Below are positions 1 through 12,200 of a stretch of DNA of 64,000 nucleotides, piece by piece. The DNA comes from Euprymna scolopes. Taxonomy: Eukaryota. Under the pieces are notes generated by a model that was not told the DNA's origin, made no database searches, and saw only the letters and a program-made list of their open reading frames with translations. Every line of letters starts with the position of its first letter. Within the stretch, counting starts at the first letter, position 1. The stretch lies in assembly GCA_053919585.1 (NCBI GenBank), contig CM132801.1. One strand, given 5' to 3'. The position numbers and the translations under genes were made by a program.

Positions 1-612
1 TTTCAGAGGACATCTCTCGGAAGAGGAGTGCCTACCTTGGCGCTAGGAGAGGGCCGTGGCCCGCGGATCAACAAGGATGATTACCACACGGTGTGTGGCC
101 GCACCTATCTCTCTAGATTAGCGGACTTCTTTTGTTAAAACAGGATAACCAGAATCCCTCATCAAACTATGTCCTCGTGTAGACGATCAAGGCCAAACTG
201 TCGTGTTGTGAGAGTTATTCTGGGTGACGGAAATAGCCGTTGAAGCTTTTCGGAGCGTTTCGTTATCGAGGATACCTAAAACGAACTCATATACCGTCGT
301 ACCTCCACAAGGTGGAGCGCGTCGGGTTATAAAACCATGGAGTCTGTTCCTTTCTTCATCTTGGATTTTGGCTCGTTTTTCGAGGTGAAACTTTTGATGT
401 TCCTACGTTCACAAGTCAAAGAGATCGAATGAACTGAAAAATCATATGTTATGTGAAATGTGGTCGACGAAGTTGTCGGATCGCCAGGCCTGGGTCTTGT
501 TGATGGTATGCCACTTGCATGACAAATTTCTATTTAAGTTAAAACATTACTCTTTTTTAACTATATTTCATCTATGTTTCCATTTCGTTTTCATTTTCTT
601 CGTTTTTTACTT

Positions 613-616
<4 letters not shown>

Positions 617-660
<44 letters not shown>
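617..660. repeat. (CT)n microsatellite
   Basis: Pure CT dinucleotide run; it explains the SLSL/ERER ORFs. Confidence 0.95.
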
Positions 661-664
<4 letters not shown>

Positions 665-777
665 TCGACGCATTGAATAATACTCTTTATAAACAGTTAC
701 GCACGTTCCGAAACCATATATTTTTGCCTTTTCTTTTTGCTGTATTTTGCTGTTATTCAATAAAATTCAAATTCTCA

Positions 778-822
778 TTATTTCTGAAGACAGTCTTTGA
801 TGCAAACGAAACCGTTAAATTT
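778..822 (+). ncRNA. degenerate minimal type I hammerhead ribozyme-like motif (Penelope pLTR type)
   Basis: CTGAAGA (784-790), imperfect stem gtctttg/caaac, GAAA (808-811), then CCGTTA. Helices are weak. Confidence 0.35.
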
Positions 823-1124
823 TTTGATTTAACGATTTCCTCCTGTGTTTACTTGTTTTTTTATGTCTTTTTGCGTTCACACACAATCTACGAAAACCAG
901 TTTATCAAGGTAGATACACTGACCACAATATGGTAGTTATAAAGCAAAGAGTCAACAAACATTTATAAAGCCGTGCCATTATGTAATCAAATTTTATATA
1001 CATTATGTAATCAAATTTTATATACATTTCTTTCATCCTTTAGAACGTCTCATAGTATTGTTCTTCATCCAATTGATGTGTTGATATTTACTTCATCCAA
1101 TTGATGTGTTGATATTTACTGATA

Positions 1125-1202
1125 TCTGTTAGGCTTTGACGAGCGTATAATTGTACAAAAAACAATATTTTCGATCATGATAGCGAAACACGTGTTAGAT
1201 AG
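1125..1202 (+). ncRNA. degenerate hammerhead ribozyme-like motif (Penelope pLTR type)
   Basis: TTGACGA-GC...GC-GAAA followed by the palindromic helix III (A)CACGTGT; downstream sequence ends in a (TA)n tract at 1323-1368. Confidence 0.4.
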
Positions 1203-1320
1203 TAATAACAAAATATAGACAAAAAATATAAAAAGAACATGATAAACTACTTTTAATTTTAAATTAAATTTTGTAGTGTGAACCGATTCTGTCTATTGGT
1301 TTCTTAGACGTAACTTACTA

Positions 1321-1370
<50 letters not shown>

Positions 1371-1896
1371 CTGTAGAAATATATTTCCTTATAATATATA
1401 TCAATCCTTATTTAAGAAGCTCAATGTAATTACAGAGCAATACAGAGAATAAATGACAAAAAGTTATATTCCAAAATTCGTGATGTTGACCAACTTATAA
1501 TTTATTCCTTTAGAGAGAGAGAGGGGGGAGAAAGAGAGAAGGTAACGCCTCAAAGGTAAAGCCTCTTTCAAAGGTAAATCCTGTTATTTTTAATTCAAAA
1601 TGTTGAAGATCTACAAAGACAGGAGTAGTACCATTAAAATGAGCGACTTTTTGTGTTTAAGAATTTATTTTTCTACATCGTCAGCACCATTCTCAATGCA
1701 CTTTTACCATAAATTCAATGACACATCTGTTTCTGATGCATCTCACACCATCAATATTTTCCATAGAGACATGAAACTTTCAGGTAATGAATGCATGATT
1801 CCGTCATCATAACAATGCAATTTACAATTTCTTCCGATCCATTCGAGCGAAATGCACACCCACCCACGCACGCATTAACACACATACACACACAGA

Positions 1897-1899
<3 letters not shown>

Positions 1900-1950
<51 letters not shown>
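1900..1950. repeat. (TA)n microsatellite flanking the Penelope-like element
   Basis: Pure TA run. Confidence 0.95.
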
Positions 1951-1953
<3 letters not shown>

Positions 1954-2794
1954 CACAAACCCACAGACACTCAACAATACCTCCACTTCAAAAGCCACCA
2001 TCCTAAAAACTGTCTAAAATCAATACTCTACTCCTTAGCACGTAGAGTCTGCACCATAGTAACAGACAGACACCTCCGTTTGACTAGGCTGAATGAACTG
2101 CAAATAACACTGCGGAAAAGAGGATATCCACTACCACTAATACAGAAAGGTATTGAACTGGCTGAAAAAATTCCAGTAGACCAACTAAGAATCCCAAAGG
2201 AACACAACAAAGAACCCATTTTAGCATACGTCTCCACACACAACACAAACAACCCAGAACTATTTACACAGATAACAAAAAACCTTATCCTCCTCACTCA
2301 GAACGACAAACTAAACAACATACTTAAAACAACAAAAATAATAAAAAGCAAACGCCAACCCAAAAACTTAAAACACATCCTAACTTCCTCAAAACTCGTT
2401 CCACATACTACAAAAGGAGTTACAAAATGCAACAACCCGCGATGTGGAGTATGTGATATAATAATAGAAGGAAACACATACACATTCAAAACCCTACACA
2501 AACATTCAAAATAAAAAAGGATCTAAATTGCACCTCCAGAAATGTAGTAGATGCACAGCATGCAACAAATCCTACATTGATGCCACCAAAAAATTCAGCA
2601 ATAGAGTGGCCTTACATAAGTACAACATAAAAATTGCAGATAACAGACACCTCTATGTTTCAAAACATGTACACACATGCAGTGGAAATAGCTTTAAAAT
2701 AATGCCAATCTTCCAAACAGACAATTATTTTTATTTACTTACACAGGAAAAAAACTTCATAACAAGATTCATTCCTGACCTAAACAGAGCCTAA
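1951..2794 (+). pseudogene. Penelope RT C-terminus, Cys linker and GIY-YIG endonuclease (frameshifted)
   Basis: Reads KPTDTQQYLHFKSHHP...LRKRGYP...CNNPRCGVC, then frame changes near 2505-2550 give LNCTSRNVV and CTACNKSYIDAT...RVALH...EKNFITRFIPDLN. Confidence 0.88.
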
Positions 2795-3591
2795 TATCAA
2801 CACACAAAAACATGAAATGCAAGGCACAATCGCATGCACATACATATACATATACACACCCACACATAAATCAGAACCGACACATTAAAACACACGCGCG
2901 CGCGTGCGTGCATACAACGACACACAGACATAACACCCCTGTCTCTAATATAACACACTAAACAATACCAACCCTACTTAACTTCAAAACCAACAATACT
3001 AGGAAACACCTAGAACCATAGTGTAATATCTGTTCCAACATCTCGCTCCCCCTCAGTCAGTGGAGGAGAAATCTCTCATGACTGAGATAACTATCATCCC
3101 TTCTATAATCCCCCCTCCCATACCTATACACCTCCAAGTGGCCCCTCTCCTCTGGGGAACGAGATCTTGGCCACACTAGGAATCGATCCTGGGTCTGGCC
3201 ATACCCACATGAGGAGACAAATAAATAGAAACATTAAAAAATCTCCTATATATATTTATAAATACACCTCTTTATCTAAACAAACATAATATAAAGAATA
3301 CCTGAACAGTCTAAGACTGAAACGAAAAATCACAATACTAAAATCTAAGAATCCAAAAAATAAATATCAAAATTGAATGAAAACACCCCTACCCTTATTT
3401 TAGAGGAGCTGGTATCCCCTCCTCACACATGCACATTAGTAACGACCTTGGATCAGCAAATAACTTCATAATACTATAAAACAGTACACACATTCTTCAA
3501 ACCAATAAAAGAAAACACACACACACATCCTACCCTAAAGGAAATAAAAACAAAACAAAAAAAAGAAAGAAAGATAAATAAAAACACAAGC

Positions 3592-3630
<39 letters not shown>

Positions 3631-3809
3631 GAGAGAGAAACATAAGACAGCAGTGACCACAGCCCAATAAAACAGTAATAAAAATTGAACATACCAATGA
3701 AAAGTAGATTCACTTACACGTTTCCATCTCTCGGAAACATTTCAAATTAACTACGAAAATGCTCTTTTTATATCTTCAACACATCTTGAATATATTATAA
3801 GAATTTAAA

Positions 3810-3858
3810 TAATTTCTGAAGAGGACGCTTCACAGAACGTCTGAAACGCGTTAAAAAC
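3810..3858 (+). ncRNA. minimal type I hammerhead ribozyme in the Penelope 3' repeat
   Basis: CTGAAGA (3816-3822), helix II GGACG/CGTCT, GAAA (3843-3846), palindromic ACGCGT helix III, short ttt/aaa helix I. Confidence 0.7.
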
Positions 3859-3919
3859 GATTTCAATGATTGAATGAAAAAACAAGACACGGAATAATAA
3901 AATAATGTTAAAAATACAC

Positions 3920-3922
<3 letters not shown>

Positions 3923-4001
<79 letters not shown>
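3923..4001. repeat. (TA)n microsatellite
   Basis: Pure TA run; its last TA is the mariner target site. Confidence 0.95.
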
Positions 4002-4002
<1 letters not shown>

Positions 4003-4479
4003 GAGATGTCTGTCTTAAATAAGTTTCCAGATTTTTATTGTATGGACACTTTTCTTGATATTACACATGTGAAACTCTTGTGCCCTTCGAAGTAATCTTC
4101 TCCAGCTGCAATGCACTTGTTGTACCGTTCCAACAACTTCTCGAAGGCCCCATGGAAGTCCTCTTGTATGAGCGTGCCAATGACCCTTGTCACAGCCTTT
4201 TTCCCCTCCTTAATTGTCTCGTAACGTTTTTGTTGAGCTTAGAGAATAAGCAATAGTCACAGGAAGCGAGGTCTGGACTATAGGGAGGGTGAGGAACTGT
4301 CTTGATGCTCATCAAATAGTCTGTTACAAGGATGAATTTTCTCTGAACACACTTGGGACAAACTTCGCACAAATCTTTCGCATCATCAGTTCCTCACAAA
4401 TAATTGCGTGTACAGTTACCACACTGACATCACACTGTGTACTTATTGTCTTTATAGACACACGAAATTACCAATGAAA

Positions 4480-4790
4480 TTCTTTTTTTTTTTTTATTGC
4501 ATTTTAACCCCAAACAGGGCATAGTGCTACTTTGATGCAAGGATTACATTCTGGAACAAAAATTGCAGGGATGCTATTTAGGGAGTTAAGCAGCAAGAAG
4601 TCTGTTCACATTACACTTGAACTTCTACATGTTAGTACAGTTGGGGAAGCAAGAACTCGGAAGGAATTTTAAAGTCTAGCAGTTCTGAAGATGAAGAAGG
4701 CTTTTTGGCATCTAGGGATCTCTACTGTGTGGAGTGGTATTTTGCTACTTGTCGGTTTTCTCGAGAGTATTTACATCGAGGGGTATAATT
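4480..4790 (-). mobile_element. LINE family 2, 3' fragment with poly(A)
   Basis: Same 3' tail as 25010-25260 and 56380-56620; poly(T) on the plus strand at about 4483-4495. Confidence 0.75.
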
Positions 4791-4945
4791 TGGGCAAACA
4801 ATTTGGCGTTATTGTTTCCTTACTCCTCCCACACCTATCATCATCCCTCACAAAATCCCTGACATCCTTAAATCTCTTATGTTTCTCAAAAACTGATGCT
4901 CGAGTCATGCAAGATAGTCCAAAACAAATCTAAAGTAGCCCATAT

Positions 4946-7555
4946 TTTTTTCACATGGTAGTCACCACTTATAAAGGCCCGAAAGCCACTCGGGGATAAG
5001 GGTTATTGCGTGTACAATAATCAATGTGATAATATCGTAGTAGTACTCGTTAGTAATGGAGATCTGATAAAGTGTCTTACTTAAGGGGGCGGTTTATCAG
5101 GAATTTGTTTATGTTGAACTTGAATACATCCTAGTTATAGTCGGGTGGGAAACAGGCAAACGGAAGAGAGTTCCACAGGCGTGCACTTTTAAGAAAGAAG
5201 CTTTGTTCATGATATCTTCGTTTTGATTTAGGCACAGATGAAGAATGGGGAAAATTATTGACAGTGGTTTCAGCTAGACGGGTGTTTTTTTGTGAAAGAT
5301 TGGCGAGGGGGGACCAGAGATTGGAGCTCAGACGAGCACTTGCCATGGAAATAACGATAAAACAAAGACAGGCTCGCAACGTCTCTTCTGCGGGAGAGAG
5401 GTTGCAGGGAAGAGAAAAAGGCATCCCCCACTAAACCACGAAGTCTATTTTGTACTATGTCAAGGCAAGATAGGGTGTTTTTTTGCAGCTCCTGCCCAGA
5501 TGTGATAGCAGTACTCTATCCTTGGACGTACGTGGCTTTTATATATAGAGAGAGAATTGCATCAGCAGTGAGATATCTTTTGGAGGGGTAGAAGGATCAT
5601 ACAATTTTTCCAGCGACCTTGGCAACAGACTTGATGTACGTATTCCATTTCAGGTCAGGAGTAAAGGTCAAGCCCAGAAGCTTGTCAAAACATGGGGCCT
5701 CCCCTAGACGAGAACCATCCATTTCGATTGATGCCAGATGGGGATCAGAGCGTTCATGATGTAAAAATAGGAGCTTGGTTTTGTATGCATTAAAAGTAAC
5801 CAGCCACATCTTCACCCTCTGTACCACGTGTTCAAGATCAGAGGAGAGAGAATCAGAGAGAACTTTGTAATTTACGGCCTTTGATGTGTTGCCATAGATG
5901 GTCGTATCATCAGCATAGATGTCAACGAATGATTTAAGTATTTGTTTTGGGAGATCATTGATGTAGATCAGGAAGAGAGTTGAGCCCGGGATGGACCCCT
6001 AGGGGACTCCAGCATTAATACTGTGGGCCTCTGATTTCTGCCCATCAACCACTACTCTTATGAACCTATCGGAGAGAAATGATTTAATAATCGAGAAAAC
6101 ATTTCCAGTTATACCGTAGCTGGAAATCTTGTGAAGTAGGCCTTTATGTCATACCTTATCGAAGGCCTTTGATATGTCAAGAGCTATTGCCCTAAAAAGG
6201 AAGCCTTTGTCGAGAGATTCACTAATCCTATGAAATATAACAGTTAGCACATCTGATGTAGATCTGGCAGAACGGAAACCATATTAAAATCATATTACTG
6301 ATGGCTTCCCATGTGGCAGGGATATCTCTAGAGAAGATCTTAATTTACCTTACATGTGCTTCCGGGTTGCACTTGCTTACACCACTGCATTTATATTTGC
6401 CTTCTATCGGCCTCACAACAGCGGAGTTACTATCTTTAAGAGCATATCTGAGAAAATAGACCACATCTTGTCTGCACACCCCTCGGCTAACATCCACATC
6501 TGTGGTGACTTCAACGTCCATAACGTGGAATGGCTGACCCACTCAAATAAGACGGACGATAAGGGGAGGTTCTGTCATATTTTTTCCATTGCTTATGACC
6601 TCACTTAGACTGTTCGCGAGCCCACCCGTGTGCCCGATACTACAGGTCAATATGCAAGCCTCCTAGACCTTTTTCTCTCAACTTTCCCTTCTTTCTTAGT
6701 ACTGCACGCCTGTGGAACTCTGTTCCGTCTGCCTGCTTCCCTCCTGACTACAACTTGGATGTCTTCAAGTCCAACGTAAGCAAATTCCTGATGAACCGCC
6801 CCCTTAAGTAGACACTTTAAATATCCACACTAACATACTGTACTTACAATAACCCTTATCCCTGAGTGGCTTCCGGGCCTTGATAAGTGGTGACCACCTT
6901 GTAAAAAAAAATGCATGTCACTAAGAAGGTTATTTCTGCTGATGTGGTTGACTACTTCTTTATTTAATATGGATTCCAGCAACTTACTCATGACGCATAG
7001 GAGACTTATTGGTCTGTACTTAGAGGGAGATGATTTATCACCTGAATTCTTAAATACAGGATATACTGATGAGGTTTTCCATGGTGTTGGAAAACACTTC
7101 TCCTTAAGGCAGCGCTTGAACAGTTTTGTGGGTATGGGGGCAAGTTCTGGTTGAACCTTTTTTAACACTATAATTGGAATGCCGTTAGAGCCAGTTGCTT
7201 TACTAGAATCAAGGTTTTTAGTTAGCTTGGCGACCTCACGCACAGATATTTGTATGTTGTATAGCGTGTTGTCTGTTATAGGAGGAAATACGGGGAGTTT
7301 ATGGCCTTGGTCGTATAGGGTAGAATTAGCTGCAAAGTTCTTGGCAAATAGTTTGGCCTTGTCTGATGTTGACGAGATGACCTCAGGTCCATTGATGATG
7401 GTTGGGATAGAACACACGCTTCTGTTCAGGATTCTGTTTACTATTTGCCAAAGCTGGTGGGATCTAAGCCGCTGATCAGCTGCTTTGGAATTAACGGACT
7501 GAGCATATAGCTCTCTTGCCTTTTTTTATTACTCTTTTACAGTGGTTACATATGT
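4946..7555 (-). mobile_element. LINE family 1 (APE-RT, CR1/L2/Jockey group), 5'-truncated and interrupted at 6286-6911
   Basis: YRPISLL, ALDISKAFD, YADD, HIWAG motifs and a 3' tail with poly(A). Sequence at 6285 joins 6913 seamlessly by comparison with the copy at 52250-52280. Confidence 0.88.
6286..6911 (+). mobile_element. internally deleted LINE copy: endonuclease fragment fused to the family-1 3' tail
   Basis: APE motifs FYRPHNS and ICGDFNVHNVEWL (6354-6608), then the family-1 tail from about 6700 to poly(A) at 6903-6911. Confidence 0.8.
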
Positions 7556-9249
7556 TTCTATAGCATTTTGTCTAAGTTTTAAACAGAATTTTTTTGCATG
7601 TCATTCTTCTAAAATCCCATCACGTCCAGATTGCATTTTTGAAATTTACCAGCTGTGACAATCAGATTTTGATCTGGCGTAATCCAATTCCTGCTCTAGC
7701 TGTTCATTTGAACCTGAAATCATAAAAATTGGTAAGTCATCTCATAACATGTATAGTAATAATATATTTTTTCAAGTGCCTACAACAATTTTAAATGCCT
7801 GTTCAAAACAGTCTGGAAACTTATTTAAAGCACCTCGTATATACGCAATATTCAATAAGTAATACTTACCATATACTTTAAGGTAAGTGTTAGTTAAATG
7901 GATGGAAAGTCAAGTGGATGATGAATAATACTATGATGATGAAAGAAAAGGATAACATTTGATTGCATAATAGGACGGCTCTATTAATATTTGTTGATAT
8001 TAAATTCTAAGTCGATACACAAGTAATCACGTTCACACACTAGTTCTACTAATGAGAAAATCGGACGCTGTAAATGAAAGAACAGCGACACCTCACTGCA
8101 CAAAAAGGTACAAGAACAACCTCCTTCACCGAATCGCAACACCAGGAAAGAAAGATGTTTTAGCCCGAAGTGAACTAGTCCAACGACAATGTGTTAGAGA
8201 GAAACATCATTTATGAATGGTTTATTTGGTTTTTAATAAATATAACTTTGCTAAAGATCATCTTGAAAATGATTGAAGGAATTAAACGATTGAGGAAAGT
8301 AGAAAGTCGATGTTTGGTTTTGTTTCAAGGATCAATAACTCTTCGTCGATTTATTTTATTCTTTAGTCCTCACCTTCCATTAGTAATGCTTCTGACAAAA
8401 AGGGGAAAAATGCTATTTTGGGGATCAGATTCCATCTATCTAATGCTTATTATTGACTATTTTCATTTCACGTTGAATTGGTATTTTTAGCACTTTATAT
8501 CAGGTGGCTTTGTGCCTTGTCTGGAGATGACTTAATTGGGTTTTTTTTTTCCTCAGCTTTTGACTTAATTTTCAATGTCAGCTGTCAAATGTAAACATTT
8601 GCATGTGAACCTGCTTTTGAAAGCAATACTCGTAGTCTTGCATTGTAGAGTTTAGCAAACATAATTCTCCAGAGATTTTCAAGTGTCTAAAACATTGCTT
8701 CTTACATCTCTACCCGTTTTCCGAAATCCCATAAGGAAACCATGTATATGCGAAATATATCTAAACATCATATAAAAAGACGACGTACAGCTGAAGATTT
8801 CTATTACAAGTGGAATTGTATACGTAAGTGGCAAAACATTTGAAAGGTACTTGTCTAATATAACACAATAATCTGGAGATTAATGCCTTCTCTCTAGAGA
8901 CAATAAGTATCCCATGAAGTCGATGTATGTGCGAAGAGAACTTAGTTGTAATCCACGGCACAATTTAAAGCAATACAAATACAAGAAAATGGTTCCAAAC
9001 AGTCGAATGCAATATATATATTTATGGTTGAATTGTTGCAGTGAGCATAAGAACCGTAGCAATTAGAGGATTTTAAACAGTACCCGACGCGTGACGAAGA
9101 ACGTAGTCCAGTGAAAACCCATGCTTTCATCGAGTCGATCACTGATATACATAAATGTGACACAAGGGTGTATACGAAAGGCTATGATTGACAAGTTGTG
9201 ACCCCAGATTCCCATGTTATATTATACAAATCTGAGCCGATTAAATTCT

Positions 9250-12200
9250 ACGTATTTAAAAATAATATATGTAATTATTTCAAAGTAAACGCAGTCTAAA
9301 ATGATATACAGAGTTATTTCTAAATAAACGCGTTTTAAAATTATATATGCAGTTATTTCTAAACCCAATTTTAAAATGATCTGCGTAGTTATTTCTAAAT
9401 AAAATATTTTAAAATGATATAGGTCGTTATTTCTGAATAAATGAATTTTAAAATAATGAATGTCGTTATTGCGAAATACACTTATTTTAAAATGATATAT
9501 GTAGTTATTTCTAAATAACCTATTTTAAAATGATATATGTGGTTATTTCTGAATAAACGAATTTTAAAATGATAAATGTCGTTATTGCTAAATAAACTCA
9601 TTTTAAAATGATATATAGGTATTTAAAACAAACACATTTTAAAATGATATATATAGTTATTTCTAAAACAACGCATTTTAAAATTATATATGTAGTTAGT
9701 TCTAAAAAAAAGCAATTTAAAATTGAGCCTATAGTTATTGTAATAAAACGTATTTTAAAAGTGCATATGTATTCATTTCTAATTTAATGCATTTTAATAT
9801 GATATATATAGTCATTTCTTAATAAAAGTATATCAAAATGATATATATAATTATTTCTAAATGAACGCATTTTAAAAGGATATAGGTAGTTATTTCTAAA
9901 TAAACGTATTTTAAAATGATATGTGTAGTTATTTCAATATAAAAGTATTATAAAATGTTATATGTAGGTATTTTAAATACAAATATTTTAAAATGATATA
10001 TGTAGTTGTTTCTAAATTAACATTTTTAAATAATATATATAGTTATTTATTAAAAAAACGCATTTTAATACGATATAAATAGTTATTCCTAAATAAACGC
10101 ATTTAAAAATGATATATGTAGATATTTCTAAATCAAATCATTTTAAAATTATATATTTAGAAACTTCTAAGTAAACGCATTTTAAAATAATATATGTAGA
10201 TATTTTCAAATAAACGCATTTTAAAATTATATGTACAGTTAATTCTAAATAAACACATTCTTAAAATATGTATGTAGTAATTTCTAAAAGAACGCATTTT
10301 TAAATGTTATAAGTACTTTTTCTAAATAAACGCATTTTAAAATGATGGAAATAATTATTTCTAAATAAACGTATTTTAAAATGATAGAAATAATTATTTC
10401 TATATAAACGTATTTTAACATGATAGAAATAATTATATCTAAATATACGTATTTTAAAATGATAGAAATAACCATTTCTAAATAAACGCATTTTAAAATG
10501 ATAGAAATAATTATTTCTAAATAAACGTATTTTGAAATAATAGAAATAATGATTTCAAAATAACCGCATTTTAAAATAATAGAAATAATCACTTCTAAAT
10601 AAACGTATTTTAACATGATAGAAATAATCATTTCTAAATAAATGTATTTTAACATGATAGAAATAATCATTTCTAAATAAACGTATTGTAAAATGATAGT
10701 AATAATTATTTCTAAATAAACGTATTTTAAAATATATAGAAATAATAACTTCTAAATAAACGTATTTTTAAATGATAGAAATAATCACTTCTAAATAAAC
10801 GTATTTTAAAATGATAGAAATAATCATTTCTAAATAAATGTATTTTAGCATGATAGAAATAATAATTTCTAAATAAACGTATTTTAAAATATATAGAAAT
10901 AATAATTTCTAAATAAACGTATTTTTAAATGATAGAAATGATTATTTCTAAATAAACGTATTTTAAAATGATAGAAATGATCATTTCTAAATAAACGTCT
11001 TTTAAAATGATAGAAATAATTATTTCTAAATAAACGTATTTTAAAATCATTTATGTAGATATTTCTAAATAAACACATTTAAAAATTATATATTTAGTTA
11101 TTTCTAAATAAATAAACTTTTAAATAATAGATATAGTCTTCTTTAAATATATGCATTTTAAAATGATATATGCAGGTATTTTTAAAGAAACGCTTTTTAA
11201 ATAATAAATATTTATTTGTATTCATTGCATTTTAAAATAATATATATAATTATTTCTAAATAAACGCATTTTAAAATAAGATATATAGTTATTTCTTAAT
11301 GATTGCATTTTAAAATTATATTTGCAGTCCTTTTAAGTATACGCATTTTTAAATGATATACAAGATTATTTCAAAATCAACGTACTTTAAATTATTCATG
11401 TAATTATTTTCAAATGAAGCATTGTTAAATTATATATGTAGTTATTTTTTAGTAATTGCATTTTAAAATGATATATTTTTTATTTCTAAATTAACGTATT
11501 TTGAAATGATATCTGAATTTTTTTCGAAATCAACGCATTTAAAAATGATATATGTAGTTATTTCTGAATAAACCTATTTTAAAATGATATATGTGAATAT
11601 TTGTAAATAAACACATTTTAAAATATATGTAGTTATTTTTAAAAAACGTAGTTTGAAATTATATACATAGTTATTTCGAAATAAACCTGTGGGGATCCAA
11701 AGTGTTTGCAAAACGTATATACTGAAAATTTTATGCTTCAATGTTTTCCAATATAATAGCTATGTTTCTCATTGTTCGCTATGCAAATATATAAAGTAAA
11801 TTCCTAAAAACGGAAACCAAATATTCATATTCTGGGGCGAAATATGGATTTTTTAAAAAATTCACGATGAAAGATGGGACATAAGAGTTCGCAGACTCAT
11901 ATATTTCAAAATAAATGACATTTTTAAACATAATTTAATTTGAAACATTGTGTCATTATGGCAATAATACCATACATTGATAACATATGATTTCCCTACA
12001 ATTTCGTAAGGAAGTCTCCTTTGATCTGTCACTTTTTGCTTTTTTCTTCCCTCTTTGCCGTCAATGACTAAAAGTTTCACAGTTCGATTGTCTCGCTTCA
12101 AAATGTTGGAAATTTCTAATGTAGACTTCTTCGCAGCAAGTAATTTAACAATTTCACCCTTCTCACGATCTGTCAACATCTTTCCTTTAGCCATTATTTA

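Larger units (their letters stand above)
1951..3922 (+). mobile_element. 5'-truncated Penelope-like retroelement (probably Neptune type), inserted in (TA)n
   Basis: RT-thumb/GIY-YIG remnant followed by a 3' region containing a hammerhead motif; TA runs on both sides. Confidence 0.85.
4002..7837 (-). mobile_element. decayed mariner transposon split by nested LINE insertions
   Basis: Imperfect TIRs (TA-cgagatgtctgtcttaaataagtttccaga and tctggaaacttatttaaagcacctcg-TA). C-terminal motif PHPPYSPDLASCDY near 4250-4295 and N-terminal KFCLKLRQNAIETY near 7550-7592, both on the minus strand. Confidence 0.85.
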
